Below, one piece after another: positions 27,401 through 36,726 of a stretch of DNA of 60,164 nucleotides; position 1 is the stretch's first letter; every line of letters starts with the position of its first letter. Where the stretch lies: positions 1-60,164 of the forward strand of contig CAYMRU010000002.1 of NCBI GenBank assembly GCA_964392975.1. Direction: 5' to 3'. The position numbers and the translations under genes are program-made. Source of the DNA: an uncultured Candidatus Poseidoniales archaeon (lineage in GTDB: Archaea; Thermoplasmatota; Poseidoniia; Poseidoniales; Thalassarchaeaceae). The notes below the pieces were generated by a model. That model saw nothing but the letters and a program-made list of their open reading frames with translations, had not been told where the DNA came from and made no database searches.

Positions 27401-30109
27401 AATAATCCCGACGGTGATGGCTACGATGTCGATAGGGACGGGATACTCAGTCCCGAAGAGAGCCTAGTAAACTGGTTAGAGTATCATCTCAAGTCCAGTA
27501 TCCTATACGGCGATCAGACAGCTGCTGGAGAGCCATTCCCTGAGAATTTCACCACATCCTTGTGGAACGAAACTTGGATGGACTTCGCAGACGACTCCTT
27601 CGGAGACAGAACCAGCCTAGCTTACAGCAGCCTAGTTAACGGGACAACTCCCATGGATGTGGGATCTGCCAATCCACTATCGGCAGATTCGGACAGGGAT
27701 GGGATGCCGGATGGATGGGAATTCTATTTCGCCAGATGGAGCCTATTCGATCAAGGATGGACGCTGAACCCAGTCGATGAGAGAGATAGAATCGGCGATC
27801 CCGACGGAGATGGAATGAACAACTGGGAGGAGTACAATGTCATCGATTCCAACCTTAGTGAGACTGACGAATTGATTACTGTCCCTCAATTCTATCTGCT
27901 TAGTGTCGGAGGAGAACTTCTAGCCTCTCCTTGGTTGTCCGCTCAATCATCAGCATCGTTCGGCACTTTCCTCAGTGACGAGCAGATTAACAAGACCGGA
28001 AGAACTGCCGACCCAAACAATCCAGATACTGACAATGATGGCCTGCTCGATGGAATCGAGTTGATATTCACTAGGTGGAACTCTACCAATGGAGTCTGGA
28101 CACTAAATCCACTTGTAGCCGGCGACGGCCATTATGACTCGGACCGAGACGGACTCACGGATCTGATTGAACTCAATCTGACTCTGAACAATCCGGCAAA
28201 CGGGGGACTATCGCCGCCCGATGCTCCTAGGATGTGGGAGGAAGCAGAGCAGATAGATTCCGACGAGGCCGAGATTAGGCTAAACAGAATCCTATTCAAC
28301 AAGGAAGGAAGGGCCGAGTTGGCGATTAATCAGTTCCAAGACTGGCAGGATGGAGGCGCCGCCCAGCCAGTGGTAGCGGCTTTGCTAGGAGCCTTAGATC
28401 CGAATGAGGAGGACACCGATCGCGACGGAATGAGTGACGGTTACGAGTACTGGTTCACCGAATGGAACCTCGAGGACAACAGCTGGGAGATGAATCCGCT
28501 TACAGACAGCGATATTCACGCCGATTCTGATGACGACTCTTTCGATTGCAACGGGGATGGATATATTTCCGATTCGGAGTCTTTCGACAATCTGGCTGAG
28601 TACGATGCAAGAGTGTACGGAAAACGAATAGAATCCGGAATGACCCCCAATGATACACGAGTCTCTTACGGGGCTGATGCAGTAAATGCTCAGATGGATG
28701 AGAATGGATTGTCATACGATGCCGCTTTCGCTCAACTCTACGTACAATTCTCCACCAAGAGCCTAGTCTCGGCTGAACGCGCTGGACTGATTAATGAGGT
28801 CGACCCAGATACCTTCAACTACAGCCTAGCCGGAGTCAGTGACCCAACAGATGACGACTCAGACAGGGATGGGATGCCAGATGGATGGGAGTTCTGCTAC
28901 TCGATTTACGGAGAGTTCCTACCTGTAAACGCATATCGCTGGTCGATGAATCCAATCAATCCATTGGACACAAAATACGACCCCGATGCTGACGGGTGGT
29001 ATGACCGCTCTTGGGGCGACATCCCCGCACAGCAGGGTTCATGGGAAGATAGAGAATTCACACCCGCTCCTATGGAGCAACAGATTGGACAAGGATTCCA
29101 AGGACTCTACTTCGGCAACTTGATGGAGTACGAGAACGGAACTCACCCCCTAGACTCAGACTCCGACGATGACTCCATGGCGATGAAGCCGATTATGCAG
29201 AATGGCATCGTCATTGACTACGTGCAAGACACCAATCTGTCCGATGGCAGAGAGGTGTTCAAGTACGGAACCAATCCTCTCGATAACGATACTGATGGCG
29301 ATATGATGCCTGACTTCTACGAGTATTACAGAGGCTGGAACGAGGCCAATGACAACTGGTCCTCGTACCTCAAGATATCAGTTGTATGGCAGCAGATTAC
29401 TGCGACGAATTGGAAACCAGTCAACATTACTGGCAACAGCATCGCTAGACCTGAGTTGGCCTGGACATGGTTCACCCACGATGCCACAGATCCAACAGAT
29501 TCGGGCCAAGACGCCGACAACGACGGGTCTTGGGATTGCTCCAGTGGCAGCTGTACCTACGTCCCATACAATAACTTCCAAGAGTATTATGGAATCGTCA
29601 ATGCATCACTAGCATCTCCATCTCTCGTTCGTGCTGCAGGATTGTACGATTGCTCTGGAAACATTGTGCAGGAATGGTGGCAATTACGCGAATCCCTGCT
29701 AGGTACATGCTCCGGTGCCTCTGCCCTCAGTACGAACTACTTCCGTATGTACAAGGTGAATGATGCGGACATGCTGTATGCACTGATTATTGATGACAAT
29801 GATGTTGATTACTTGAATGTAGATTCCAGTGATGATACCATCTTGGTCAACGGAGCATGGGCCGACGAGTATCAGAGATTCGCGGGAGATCAGTATCACC
29901 TGCCCAACACTGGGCTAGGAGAATATGTCTACGGCTGGTGGCACATAGACATCGATGGAGACCAGATTGCTGACGGTACCGACCCTGCCAATTGGGACAC
30001 CGATGGCGACTGGCTGAACGATTTCTTTGAGATTGAGGATGACATGCTAGATGGAGTAAGAGGAAACAGCGGCTCGCCCATTAGATATGACGACCGCACC
30101 ACTAGTTGA
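24401..30109 (+). CDS. giant secreted protein with many thrombospondin-type-3-like Ca-binding repeats and a central Reg_prop-like beta-propeller
   Basis: 1902-aa ORF.
- Signal-like N-terminus: MRRKQTALLITLLILSSMAFVSQ.
- More than 10 DxDxDG motifs, many extended to DxDxDG[ML]PDGWE: DTDGDGLPDGYE, DSDLDGMPDGWEF, DSDGDGLTDGEE, DTDGDGMPDGWEM, DSDGDSLPDGWE, DSDRDGMPDGWEF (twice), DTDNDGLLDGIE, DTDRDGMSDGYE, DTDGDMMPDFYE, DTDGDWLNDFFE.
- Central region with propeller-blade-like strings: LLIGSRYGITVMD, LLVGTDAGLIAWN, VWVGTAGGLHLLN, IYLGSRDGTWCL.
- No C-terminal TM helix. Confidence 0.9.
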   Translation: MRRKQTALLITLLILSSMAFVSQTRPQSSVSSTDPITADRGGPPVTDEDNDRIPDLHESIFGDTRYVETSSGTISVKGLDPMNSTDNMSDHDRDGASALLEFCWPYTLDTCFDRLSLTGKPPQFTESGLREYLDPRVSDTDGDGLPDGYEIHMCTEGGLGYQNATNAWQCLWFDPLDPSDSVEDIDSCEDFTFGCGDGFDVNRDGFIDFGERYTNSEEYLFGTPDDWITERDGLWCAGEIPGLTKDSCQDTVSRPTGNDGWLGSDPTHPDSDYYAWSEIIAVGLAVPGDGIPDGWEVYYGLDPRNSSDAIVDTDLDGWDLDRDGFIVPDISTATVHWGEAFSNYEEYTIHHDDGAWVTPGLRGGELHSAESGYSTFDQSTTPGLVDGAVHSVISDSSRDRLLIGSRYGITVMDPFDGSSAIHELPPGLEMYTMERWLPGDLDFLLIGTNVGFHFVSLDNGIPDMSTLSDSELGPINEIVEFDTGSGNLDLIIFGNSSSWTLTMSIVEDTAEISDPVFNEAMSMILSDADAEARDATHVPMFGRGPLLLVGTDAGLIAWNTTDGSTSIGEPWWVFDRENSEEFVQRADLLNISKSAIVNSLVKAGPLDATGQVEEVSGVWVGTAGGLHLLNLQLLVQMPHSAFDTEQMYNLERWSQGANDIRSILPMDDMIYLGSRDGTWCLEGGYNGIIGLCLNQTRIPGLATSLTSLEHSSSIWMFVGISPGRYMNIMPIDPTSADSDLDGMPDGWEFIYGLDPTDPYDRYRDADADGVSYSSADGFTLNRDWSNLDEYRFVSMSEGGFNGSDPRDKDSDGDGLTDGEEYWGWFAESTNFDCHYLNDDYICDEETGDMAEQVHLEGWLGSGAGGGTDGPTDPTNPDTDGDGMPDGWEMEHRRWIGDTYNGGNLWTLDPRDPSDKDEDADGDGLSNLCEYLWSNLLVNVLREGLPTHGETSEAAKNWTATDPNNIDSDGDSLPDGWEARYTCSWSKDNSGINPLNGSDYLNNPDGDGYDVDRDGILSPEESLVNWLEYHLKSSILYGDQTAAGEPFPENFTTSLWNETWMDFADDSFGDRTSLAYSSLVNGTTPMDVGSANPLSADSDRDGMPDGWEFYFARWSLFDQGWTLNPVDERDRIGDPDGDGMNNWEEYNVIDSNLSETDELITVPQFYLLSVGGELLASPWLSAQSSASFGTFLSDEQINKTGRTADPNNPDTDNDGLLDGIELIFTRWNSTNGVWTLNPLVAGDGHYDSDRDGLTDLIELNLTLNNPANGGLSPPDAPRMWEEAEQIDSDEAEIRLNRILFNKEGRAELAINQFQDWQDGGAAQPVVAALLGALDPNEEDTDRDGMSDGYEYWFTEWNLEDNSWEMNPLTDSDIHADSDDDSFDCNGDGYISDSESFDNLAEYDARVYGKRIESGMTPNDTRVSYGADAVNAQMDENGLSYDAAFAQLYVQFSTKSLVSAERAGLINEVDPDTFNYSLAGVSDPTDDDSDRDGMPDGWEFCYSIYGEFLPVNAYRWSMNPINPLDTKYDPDADGWYDRSWGDIPAQQGSWEDREFTPAPMEQQIGQGFQGLYFGNLMEYENGTHPLDSDSDDDSMAMKPIMQNGIVIDYVQDTNLSDGREVFKYGTNPLDNDTDGDMMPDFYEYYRGWNEANDNWSSYLKISVVWQQITATNWKPVNITGNSIARPELAWTWFTHDATDPTDSGQDADNDGSWDCSSGSCTYVPYNNFQEYYGIVNASLASPSLVRAAGLYDCSGNIVQEWWQLRESLLGTCSGASALSTNYFRMYKVNDADMLYALIIDDNDVDYLNVDSSDDTILVNGAWADEYQRFAGDQYHLPNTGLGEYVYGWWHIDIDGDQIADGTDPANWDTDGDWLNDFFEIEDDMLDGVRGNSGSPIRYDDRTTS

Positions 30110-30139
30110 GTTCTTGAGCCACGGCTCCCACGCGAGCGC

Positions 30140-30607
30140 ATGGAAGGGGGCAGAGTACCTTCTCCCGAAGAACCAGTTGAGGAGAGGCTGCTGTTCCTGC
30201 AGGAGAACATGGTCAGTTTTGTGAACCAGTTCAGCATGCCAGTAATCGAGGTGTCACTGGTTCTTTCCAAGTACATACGTATTATTCTCGACTCCCTTCT
30301 GGAAGCGGCTGAGAAGGAAGGAGAATCATTGCCTCGAAACATAGTCGAAGCATGGCCGATTGAATCCAATCCAGATGCCCCGGCAATCGACTCGTATCCT
30401 CTGGACATGCTGCTCGGTAACCTTGACGAGGACAGGATGGATATTTTGGACACACTAATCAGAAGCATTCTCAATGAGAGTCGACTTCCGTTCGTTTCCG
30501 TCCTCACACTTCTCAGGCAATGGGAGAGTTTAGCCAGAGCCCAACTAGCCCAAGCTGGATCGCCAGGACATCTCTTTAGCCCGATGGAGTTCCCTGAGGG
30601 ATTCTGA
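30140..30607 (+). CDS. hypothetical acidic cytoplasmic protein
   Basis: 155-aa ORF with protein-like, acidic, helix-rich composition. The overlapping 242-aa minus-strand ORF (29929-30657) is Ser/Arg/Leu-rich and looks like an antisense shadow. Confidence 0.55.
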   Translation: MEGGRVPSPEEPVEERLLFLQENMVSFVNQFSMPVIEVSLVLSKYIRIILDSLLEAAEKEGESLPRNIVEAWPIESNPDAPAIDSYPLDMLLGNLDEDRMDILDTLIRSILNESRLPFVSVLTLLRQWESLARAQLAQAGSPGHLFSPMEFPEGF

Positions 30608-30970
30608 CTAGCCACTTTCAGCCTTAGCAACAATACTGCTGGACACCCACCAGGCATCGGCTATCGACCAGACGAAAAGCACTGGCCACATCACCACAGA
30701 GAGTATCAGCGGGAGTTGAATCAGGAAGCATCCCAGAGCCTTTCGGTGCTGTCGGTTGAAGTGCTGTCCGAGAAAGAGAAACGGAATCAGAGAGAGTACA
30801 ACAGCGACCAGTGGCCGAAGTGCACCCCAAGGTCCAATCCCGCCACTCAACTCATGCCAGATCACACCCAGAGCGCCCATGGCACTACCTGAATCGACCT
30901 CCTCTTCGGAGGCTATGCTGACGACATACTCCTCTGCCATCACTCGCTCCTTGCGCCACAGACGCATCAA
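30608..30970 (-). CDS. small membrane protein, TM2-domain-like
   Basis: 120-aa ORF with two hydrophobic helices. The pattern resembles the TM2 domain (PFLFLGQHFNRQHRKALGCFLIQ ... VLFVWSIADAWWV). Assignment is by eye only. Confidence 0.55.
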   Translation of the reverse strand: MMRLWRKERVMAEEYVVSIASEEEVDSGSAMGALGVIWHELSGGIGPWGALRPLVAVVLSLIPFLFLGQHFNRQHRKALGCFLIQLPLILSVVMWPVLFVWSIADAWWVSSSIVAKAESG

Positions 30971-31026
30971 CCTGACGCCACGATGAGCATAGAAAAGCCG
31001 AACAACACCGCCTCGCTCGCAGAGCC

Positions 31027-32013
31027 GTGTCCGAGGCTAGATTGCTGATTACAGCATTCCCTCCTTTCTCTAATCATGCAACCAATGTCTCTCAGATGGT
31101 GCTGAGAGAGATGAGGAGATTGGGGGCCGACAAGATAGGTGCTGAGATGTGCATCCTCAGCGTTGACCAGAAGGGATCGGATGAAGTCGCACAAAGGATT
31201 CTGAAAGGTGAAGAATTCCAAGGTATCATCCACCTTGGTCTCGCAGCCAATAGGGATAGGATAAACTTGGAGAGAAAGGCCAGAAATCGGATTTCGATGT
31301 CAGAGCCTGACAACTCAGGGCGTTTAGTCCAGTCAGAACTTGCAGTAATCGACGGCCTAGAGAGTCTTGAGACCACAGCCCCGATTCACATTTTGGATGA
31401 GGAGTTCGAACACGATGATTCAGTCGAATGGAGCTCCGACGCTGGAGGTTTTGTTTGCAATGAGACATACTACAAGACGCTGAATGCCCTTCATGCAATT
31501 GAAGACTCCACTACTCCAGCCCTCTTCGTACACCTTCCGCCTGAGGAGTCAATTCCGGTTGATACACAGGCGAAGAAAGTAATGAGAATAGCATCATCGA
31601 TGATTTCGAAGCCGACATACGAAGTAGTCGCAGCCCTGTTGTTTGACGAGAATGGTAGGATTCTGGCTTGCAAGAGGCCTAGCCAAGATGCGTGGGCTGG
31701 TTGGTGGGAGTTCCCAGGAGGCAAAGTGGACGAGGGCGAGTCTGCCACACAAGCCCTCTCTAGGGAGCTTGAGGAGGAAATCGGGATTTCTGTCAGCCCC
31801 GATTATTTGGTCGAGTCTTCGACTTTCGACTACGAAGATCGCACGGTCAGGTTGCAGATCTGGAACTGTGGAGAAATCGAACCGGACTCAGTCATTTTGA
31901 GAGAGCACGATGAATCGAGATGGTTATCGAAGGAAGATCTGATGGAAGTCAAGTGGCTGCCAGCTGATCTTCCTATAATTGCCAGATGGCACAAAGAAGG
32001 CATCCCGAACTAA
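31027..32013 (+). CDS. fusion protein: pyrrolidone-carboxylate (pyroglutamyl) peptidase-like domain + MutT/Nudix hydrolase domain
   Basis: - Peptidase C15 (aa 1 to about 195): LLITAFPPFSNHATN, HLGLAANRDRINLERKARN (Glu), SDAGGFVCNETYYKTL (Cys), ALFVHLP (His).
- Nudix (about aa 197-328): a complete Nudix box GKVDEGESATQALSRELEEEIGI (GX5EX7REUXEEXGU) at nt 31720-31788, preceded by WWEFPGG, which is typical of MutT. Confidence 0.85.
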   Translation: MSEARLLITAFPPFSNHATNVSQMVLREMRRLGADKIGAEMCILSVDQKGSDEVAQRILKGEEFQGIIHLGLAANRDRINLERKARNRISMSEPDNSGRLVQSELAVIDGLESLETTAPIHILDEEFEHDDSVEWSSDAGGFVCNETYYKTLNALHAIEDSTTPALFVHLPPEESIPVDTQAKKVMRIASSMISKPTYEVVAALLFDENGRILACKRPSQDAWAGWWEFPGGKVDEGESATQALSRELEEEIGISVSPDYLVESSTFDYEDRTVRLQIWNCGEIEPDSVILREHDESRWLSKEDLMEVKWLPADLPIIARWHKEGIPN

Positions 32014-32660
32014 TCGTCACTCATAGTCGGATTGCCCCTCTTGTCAAACCATTCCACAGGCTCTCCCTCTTCAGACATCCCGAGGCCGTCACCAATGGCT
32101 CTTGGCACTGAGTCTCTACCTAGATGCCAGGTTGACCTCTCCAACCATTCAGATAGGCCTTGCATACGAATTCTTACAACAATCTCGCCACCCAACGTCC
32201 TGTCGTCTAGCACGAAAGACAACTTCCCCACCATCGATGCCTGTCGAGAGATAGCGAATTCTGTGTAATCTCCATCCAGCCTAATCGACATGGCATCCAA
32301 AGCAGTGTCCAGAATTCTCTGATTGCGAGCAGTTTCAAGCAGTTTGTCCAAGGAATCAACCCCTCCCTCAAGCACTATTTCGCGTCGATTTTTTGGGAAC
32401 TCAGATGAATCGAGTATAGAATCAGTTTCCCATTCAGGAAATAGCCCCCTTATCGATTCGATGACTCGGATAGGATCTTCGTGGGGACGGATAACTGTGG
32501 ATATGCCTATGTCGGCCACGAGACTGCCAGTAGTTGCTGACTCATGAGCACTGCGGCGAGAGACTCCCAGGAGCGCGAATGATTCAAAGATGCGATGAGT
32601 GACAAAGAGCCGTGCCTGAACGCTCGCCGATCCTGAGCCTCGCTCTACTGCTTGCCCCAA
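32010..32660 (-). CDS. UPF0201/COG1931-like putative RNA-binding protein
   Basis: The string ISTVIRPHEDPIRVIESIRGLFPEW resembles the conserved N-terminal (V.PTED..KV...I..LFP) signature of archaeal UPF0201 proteins, which are about 140-150 aa. The true start may be the in-frame GTG at 32519. That would remove the 49-nt divergent overlap with the next gene. Confidence 0.65.
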   Translation of the reverse strand: MGQAVERGSGSASVQARLFVTHRIFESFALLGVSRRSAHESATTGSLVADIGISTVIRPHEDPIRVIESIRGLFPEWETDSILDSSEFPKNRREIVLEGGVDSLDKLLETARNQRILDTALDAMSIRLDGDYTEFAISRQASMVGKLSFVLDDRTLGGEIVVRIRMQGLSEWLERSTWHLGRDSVPRAIGDGLGMSEEGEPVEWFDKRGNPTMSDD

Positions 32661-33337
32661 CTCTGTGTCTAGTGGCCTTGAGGTTGGCCTCTACAGCTCT
32701 GGAAGAGGTCATCTCCGAGGACAACGTCCTGATGTATTCGCTGCATGGGGCAGCGCTTCTAGTGGGCCTAATCATGTTCATGAGATACCGAAAGGTCGAG
32801 AATCACGAGTATCACCGATCGCAGGCCATTCGCAAGCTTTCCAAGTCCTATTCACAAGAAGACAGGGGATTGTGGGAGAAGGCCGATTCAGCCATTGAGA
32901 GACTGGAATCTAGAGCAAAGGCTCCCAAGAAGGGGCGGTCTGCCATGAGGGCTCTGGCCCTCGAAAAAGGCAGCATTGGCTCGATGAATACAGAGAAGAG
33001 AGAGGAGGAGATTCCCGATGAACAAGCAGATGGCGAGCCCCGAAACATGGGTATCAGCACTATTGTCGACGAACAGGCAATTATCGAACCGAAGGGACCC
33101 GGACTGATTAGCAGAATTTCGACTTGGTTTAGCACAAGTCTGGACGACTCAGCCAAGCGCAGAATGGAGAGGAAGTCTTCAAAGTCAAAGGAAACAAAAA
33201 CATCTGATTCCAATGACATGTGGGCTAGCTCTTCACAGTCTAGCCTAGCCCGCGCCGTCTCTTCGTGCCCCGCTTGCGGTGCACTGAACAACTCGGGAAC
33301 AGCATACTGCACATCGTGCGGAGACCTCATGCCATAG
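32612..33337 (+). CDS. hypothetical membrane protein with a Lys/Glu-rich linker and a C-terminal zinc ribbon
   Basis: 241-aa ORF from GTG 32612, with an alternative ATG at 32732. TM helix HGAALLVGLIMFM, a charged low-complexity middle, and a C-terminal CPACGALNNSGTAYCTSCG (CxxC...CxxC). Confidence 0.6.
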   Translation: MPERSPILSLALLLAPTLCLVALRLASTALEEVISEDNVLMYSLHGAALLVGLIMFMRYRKVENHEYHRSQAIRKLSKSYSQEDRGLWEKADSAIERLESRAKAPKKGRSAMRALALEKGSIGSMNTEKREEEIPDEQADGEPRNMGISTIVDEQAIIEPKGPGLISRISTWFSTSLDDSAKRRMERKSSKSKETKTSDSNDMWASSSQSSLARAVSSCPACGALNNSGTAYCTSCGDLMP

Positions 33338-33379
33338 GTGGGGTTGAAAACAGTCGAGTAGGAGCAACGGCCGTCCACC

Positions 33380-34519
33380 ATGTCTGTAAAGAGGGATTAC
33401 TACGAGGTTCTCGGAGTTTCCAGAGATTCTACCGAGTCGGAAATCAAGAGGGCCTTCCGTTCTCTGGCTCGCAAGTATCACCCTGACAAGAACCCCGATG
33501 ACAAGGAGGCAGAGACTAAGTTCAAGGAAGTCCAAGAGGCCTACGCGGTCCTCTGCAACCTCGATGAGCGTCGCAAGTACGACATGTTCGGTCATGATCA
33601 GCCAGGAGGATCGCCCTTCGGACCTAGTGGTTTCCAAGGGGTGAATATTAGCATTGATGACCTCTTCGGAGGCGGTATTGAGAGCATCTTCAGCCAGATT
33701 TTCAGCGGCCGAGGTGTTCGCCGGAGAAGTCGAGGTAAAGACTTGCTATACTCTCACCAAGTTTCGTTCCAAAGCGTCTTTGAGGGATCAGATGAATTCA
33801 TCGAATTCGAGGCACTGAGGTCTTGCGAGGAGTGTAAAGGTACTGGTTCACCGACTCCAGAAGGTGTCAGGGAATGCCCAACATGCGATGGAAGAGGTAG
33901 GATCCAGAGAATTGAGAAGGCCGGATTCTTCACCAAGCAGGTTGTCACCGACTGCTCAACGTGCAAGGGAGAAGGTCGCTTAGTGAACGACCCCTGCAAA
34001 ACATGCGATGGAGAGGGGAGGTCGAAGACAACCAAGCAAGTCACTTTCACCGTACCTCCTGGTGTAACCTCTGGGACACGTCTGAGGATGAGAGGCCATG
34101 GAGAGTCTGCCAGAGGAGGTAGGGGTGAAAACGGAGACTTACACATCCAGATTGAAGTAAATTATCACCCTTGGTTCGAGAGGGACGGACCAGATCTCCT
34201 GATGGCACTTCCCTTGGGTTTCGTGGATCTGGCGCTGGGGACTCAGTTGGAGATTCCGCATCTAGACGGATCCAATCTCAAGATCAAGGTTCCAGCAGGG
34301 TCCAACCCGGGAGATACAATCAATCTGCCAAGGCGCGGACTACCGGATGGCAGAAGGGGCAGAGGGTCAGTCACAGTTCTGCTAAAACTCGATATGCCCA
34401 AGAAAGTCTCTAGATCGCTGAAGAAATCACTAGACTCTCTCAGAGATGAGATAGGCACTGACTTCGATTCACTTGAGGACTCCATCAGGGATGAAGCTAA
34501 TAGAAGGCGCAGGAACTAA
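33380..34519 (+). CDS. dnaJ: molecular chaperone DnaJ (type I Hsp40)
   Basis: J-domain [34 protein letters not shown], a Gly/Phe-rich linker, four CxxCxGxG zinc-finger repeats ([32 protein letters not shown]), and C-terminal substrate-binding domains. Confidence 0.95.
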   Translation: MSVKRDYYEVLGVSRDSTESEIKRAFRSLARKYHPDKNPDDKEAETKFKEVQEAYAVLCNLDERRKYDMFGHDQPGGSPFGPSGFQGVNISIDDLFGGGIESIFSQIFSGRGVRRRSRGKDLLYSHQVSFQSVFEGSDEFIEFEALRSCEECKGTGSPTPEGVRECPTCDGRGRIQRIEKAGFFTKQVVTDCSTCKGEGRLVNDPCKTCDGEGRSKTTKQVTFTVPPGVTSGTRLRMRGHGESARGGRGENGDLHIQIEVNYHPWFERDGPDLLMALPLGFVDLALGTQLEIPHLDGSNLKIKVPAGSNPGDTINLPRRGLPDGRRGRGSVTVLLKLDMPKKVSRSLKKSLDSLRDEIGTDFDSLEDSIRDEANRRRRN

Positions 34520-36702
34520 TCCTCACGTGTCACCCAATCCAATGACTTGTTGGGTACAGCAGCCAGGGGTTGCCCTTCAACCAGGCCAGAGAGATGGAAT
34601 CCGATTGATTTAGGCGAACCTTCCAATTCGATTCCGACGAATGTCTTACTCCCTGCAGATAGGGTATCTAGGAAAATCTCACCATCTTGGAACATTCTAC
34701 TAGGAGAGACAGAAGAGATTGCCACGCCCGAGCCTTCGGGGGCGTGAACTCTGATGGCTGCCAGTTCCCAAGGAATCTTTTCCACTCTTATTCCAATCAG
34801 CAGTCCAGAATCAGATTCAGAGACCCTCCACACACAAATCTCGACCCTTTCGGTCAGGTGCCTGATAATCGGACCTCCCCAGTCCTCCACCACAGCCGAC
34901 CACGGACTATCGCCGAGTTGCCTGAGTGAGTGCTCGATTTCCGCTTGATCGACCTCGCTTGAGACAAGGGCCGCAGTCAATCTCTCCCTGAGGCCCCTAA
35001 GTCTCCTCCTTTCATGCTCTTGGATATCTGCATCCAGAGGTGCTCCTCTGAAGATTGCATCGCGATTCCACCAGATTACCATTGCGAGTGGAGCGAGCAG
35101 CAATAGGCCCGCTAGCATATAGAAGCCACGAGCTCTGTGGGACAGGTCTACGAACTCGACCTCTTCAGGGACATAGAGCCCGTTGTAGGGCAAAGAGAAC
35201 CGGTACTCTACCGTATCGTCTTCTCCTTGTCCCATGCCCTCGTCCCAGACGATTCTTAGTGCGTGAACTCCGGGAGGTACGACCATAATTGAACCGTCTG
35301 TGGAATTCACTACCTCTCCAGTCTCCTGATCCAGAGTCATGAGGGTGAAAGAGCCTGGTGAGTCTGTTATTCTCTGGACTCTGACATAGGAGCCATTCTG
35401 CTCGGTAACTGAAAATGCATAGAAATCGGTAGCGTCCGAGTCTCCAATAGTTCCAGTAATTACCGCCGTCCCCAGATTCAGAACTTGCCATCTTGAATCC
35501 ATACTGCCGTGCGCCCAAATTTTATCGGGAGCATCTCCAATCAGATTTCCGTCACTAGGACTCAGTGACCTCAGCATCACTGCCCAAGCCGCGTTGGTGC
35601 CTTGAGTCGTAAATCCGAACTCTACAGATACAGTCTGAGGAGTTGTCTCGAAAACCTCCTCACAACTACTCGCGACCTGAACTCTGGAAGCATCGGCCTG
35701 ATGCAGAGTTATGCTCACTCTTACACCATCTGTGAACATGCAATGAGGCTCTAATTGCATCTTGGAACCCGATTCAATCAGCAACGAATCACCCTGAGAA
35801 TCCGAAGCTGCAATATGCCCGCGGTAGATTAGTGAAGATTCACCTTGGAATTGCATCGGCATCCCATGACTCCATGGATTGGCCAATTCTCCCCCTCCCG
35901 GGGCCTCAATATCGTCATCATAGCGGATAATCTCGAATTCATAAGGTGAGTAACCCGACTCAGACGAATGCACCACTCGGAGCCACAACTCTCCTTCAGC
36001 AGGGTACTCAAAATAATGAGGCATGTCTGCTGATTCGATAGAATCAACCAATGACTTCGATTCTTCTGACCTATGCCAGACCTCTATGGCGGAGGCATTC
36101 GGACCTCTGAGTGAATTCAAGAGTACCACATCTCCTGAATCACCCACAACCATTACGGCGTCCTTGTCAGTCTGCTCCTCAAGTGCACCAACGTAAAGCA
36201 CGCCCTCAGAGAGCATGTCCATTGCAGCGCAGTAATGCAATCTGCAGGGCGAAGAGGTGTTGATGCTCGGGTGGACACCTTGACTCCCAGGGGGAGGAAC
36301 AGTGTCCGGGAGATCCTGATGCTCTGTCCAATCATCCATGTGGCTGAGAATAACATCGATTAGCAGGTCTCCGGCCGCCACACCTTCATCGGCAATTATC
36401 TCCCAAGAGAGATTTCCCTCGACCCAGCCTGACCATTCGACTAGATGAGGGTCCATATGTCTGTACTCAGTCCCGTTGTACCAAAGCACCAATTCCATAC
36501 CTGAACAACTCACATGTAGACAGGTCGTAGAAAACCAAACAGGACCATCGGTCTGGAATTCATCCGACAATACGGTATCTCTTTCATCTTCCTCGGCTAA
36601 TGCCTCGGGGACGGCCAAAGAAGCCATTAGCAGGACCGTAAATGCCCCTGCCCACACCTTCGCCATGCTACCGCGAGGCGCGTCTGCCTTAGAATCCTTC
36701 AA
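34516..36702 (-). CDS. bitopic membrane protein: about 500-aa extracytoplasmic region with PPC-like beta-sandwich signatures, a TM helix, and an about 180-aa cytoplasmic domain (hypothetical)
   Basis: 728-aa ORF. Signal/anchor [25 protein letters not shown], a pre-peptidase-C-terminal-like string [26 protein letters not shown], an internal TM helix [19 protein letters not shown], then a charged helical and beta-rich C-terminal region. Confidence 0.8.
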   Translation of the reverse strand: MKDSKADAPRGSMAKVWAGAFTVLLMASLAVPEALAEEDERDTVLSDEFQTDGPVWFSTTCLHVSCSGMELVLWYNGTEYRHMDPHLVEWSGWVEGNLSWEIIADEGVAAGDLLIDVILSHMDDWTEHQDLPDTVPPPGSQGVHPSINTSSPCRLHYCAAMDMLSEGVLYVGALEEQTDKDAVMVVGDSGDVVLLNSLRGPNASAIEVWHRSEESKSLVDSIESADMPHYFEYPAEGELWLRVVHSSESGYSPYEFEIIRYDDDIEAPGGGELANPWSHGMPMQFQGESSLIYRGHIAASDSQGDSLLIESGSKMQLEPHCMFTDGVRVSITLHQADASRVQVASSCEEVFETTPQTVSVEFGFTTQGTNAAWAVMLRSLSPSDGNLIGDAPDKIWAHGSMDSRWQVLNLGTAVITGTIGDSDATDFYAFSVTEQNGSYVRVQRITDSPGSFTLMTLDQETGEVVNSTDGSIMVVPPGVHALRIVWDEGMGQGEDDTVEYRFSLPYNGLYVPEEVEFVDLSHRARGFYMLAGLLLLAPLAMVIWWNRDAIFRGAPLDADIQEHERRRLRGLRERLTAALVSSEVDQAEIEHSLRQLGDSPWSAVVEDWGGPIIRHLTERVEICVWRVSESDSGLLIGIRVEKIPWELAAIRVHAPEGSGVAISSVSPSRMFQDGEIFLDTLSAGSKTFVGIELEGSPKSIGFHLSGLVEGQPLAAVPNKSLDWVTRED

Positions 36703-36726
36703 GCGAACCGCGTCAGTGCGAAGCGT

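Noticed and set aside
26607-28894. Three near-identical segments of about 40 nt (26607-26648, 27683-27724, 28853-28894), which could be mistaken for direct repeats of a mobile element or CRISPR-like array
   Set aside because: They are in-frame copies of the ADSD[LR]DGMPDGWEF coding motif inside one ORF, spaced about 1.1 kb apart. There is no spacer/repeat periodicity and there are no associated cas or transposase genes.
29929-30657. 242-aa minus-strand ORF overlapping the end of the TSP3 giant and the whole of the 155-aa plus-strand ORF
   Set aside because: It is Ser/Arg/Leu/Gly-rich with low-complexity composition, typical of an antisense shadow. It overlaps two better-looking plus-strand ORFs. 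The plus-strand 30140-30607 ORF has normal acidic, helix-forming composition.
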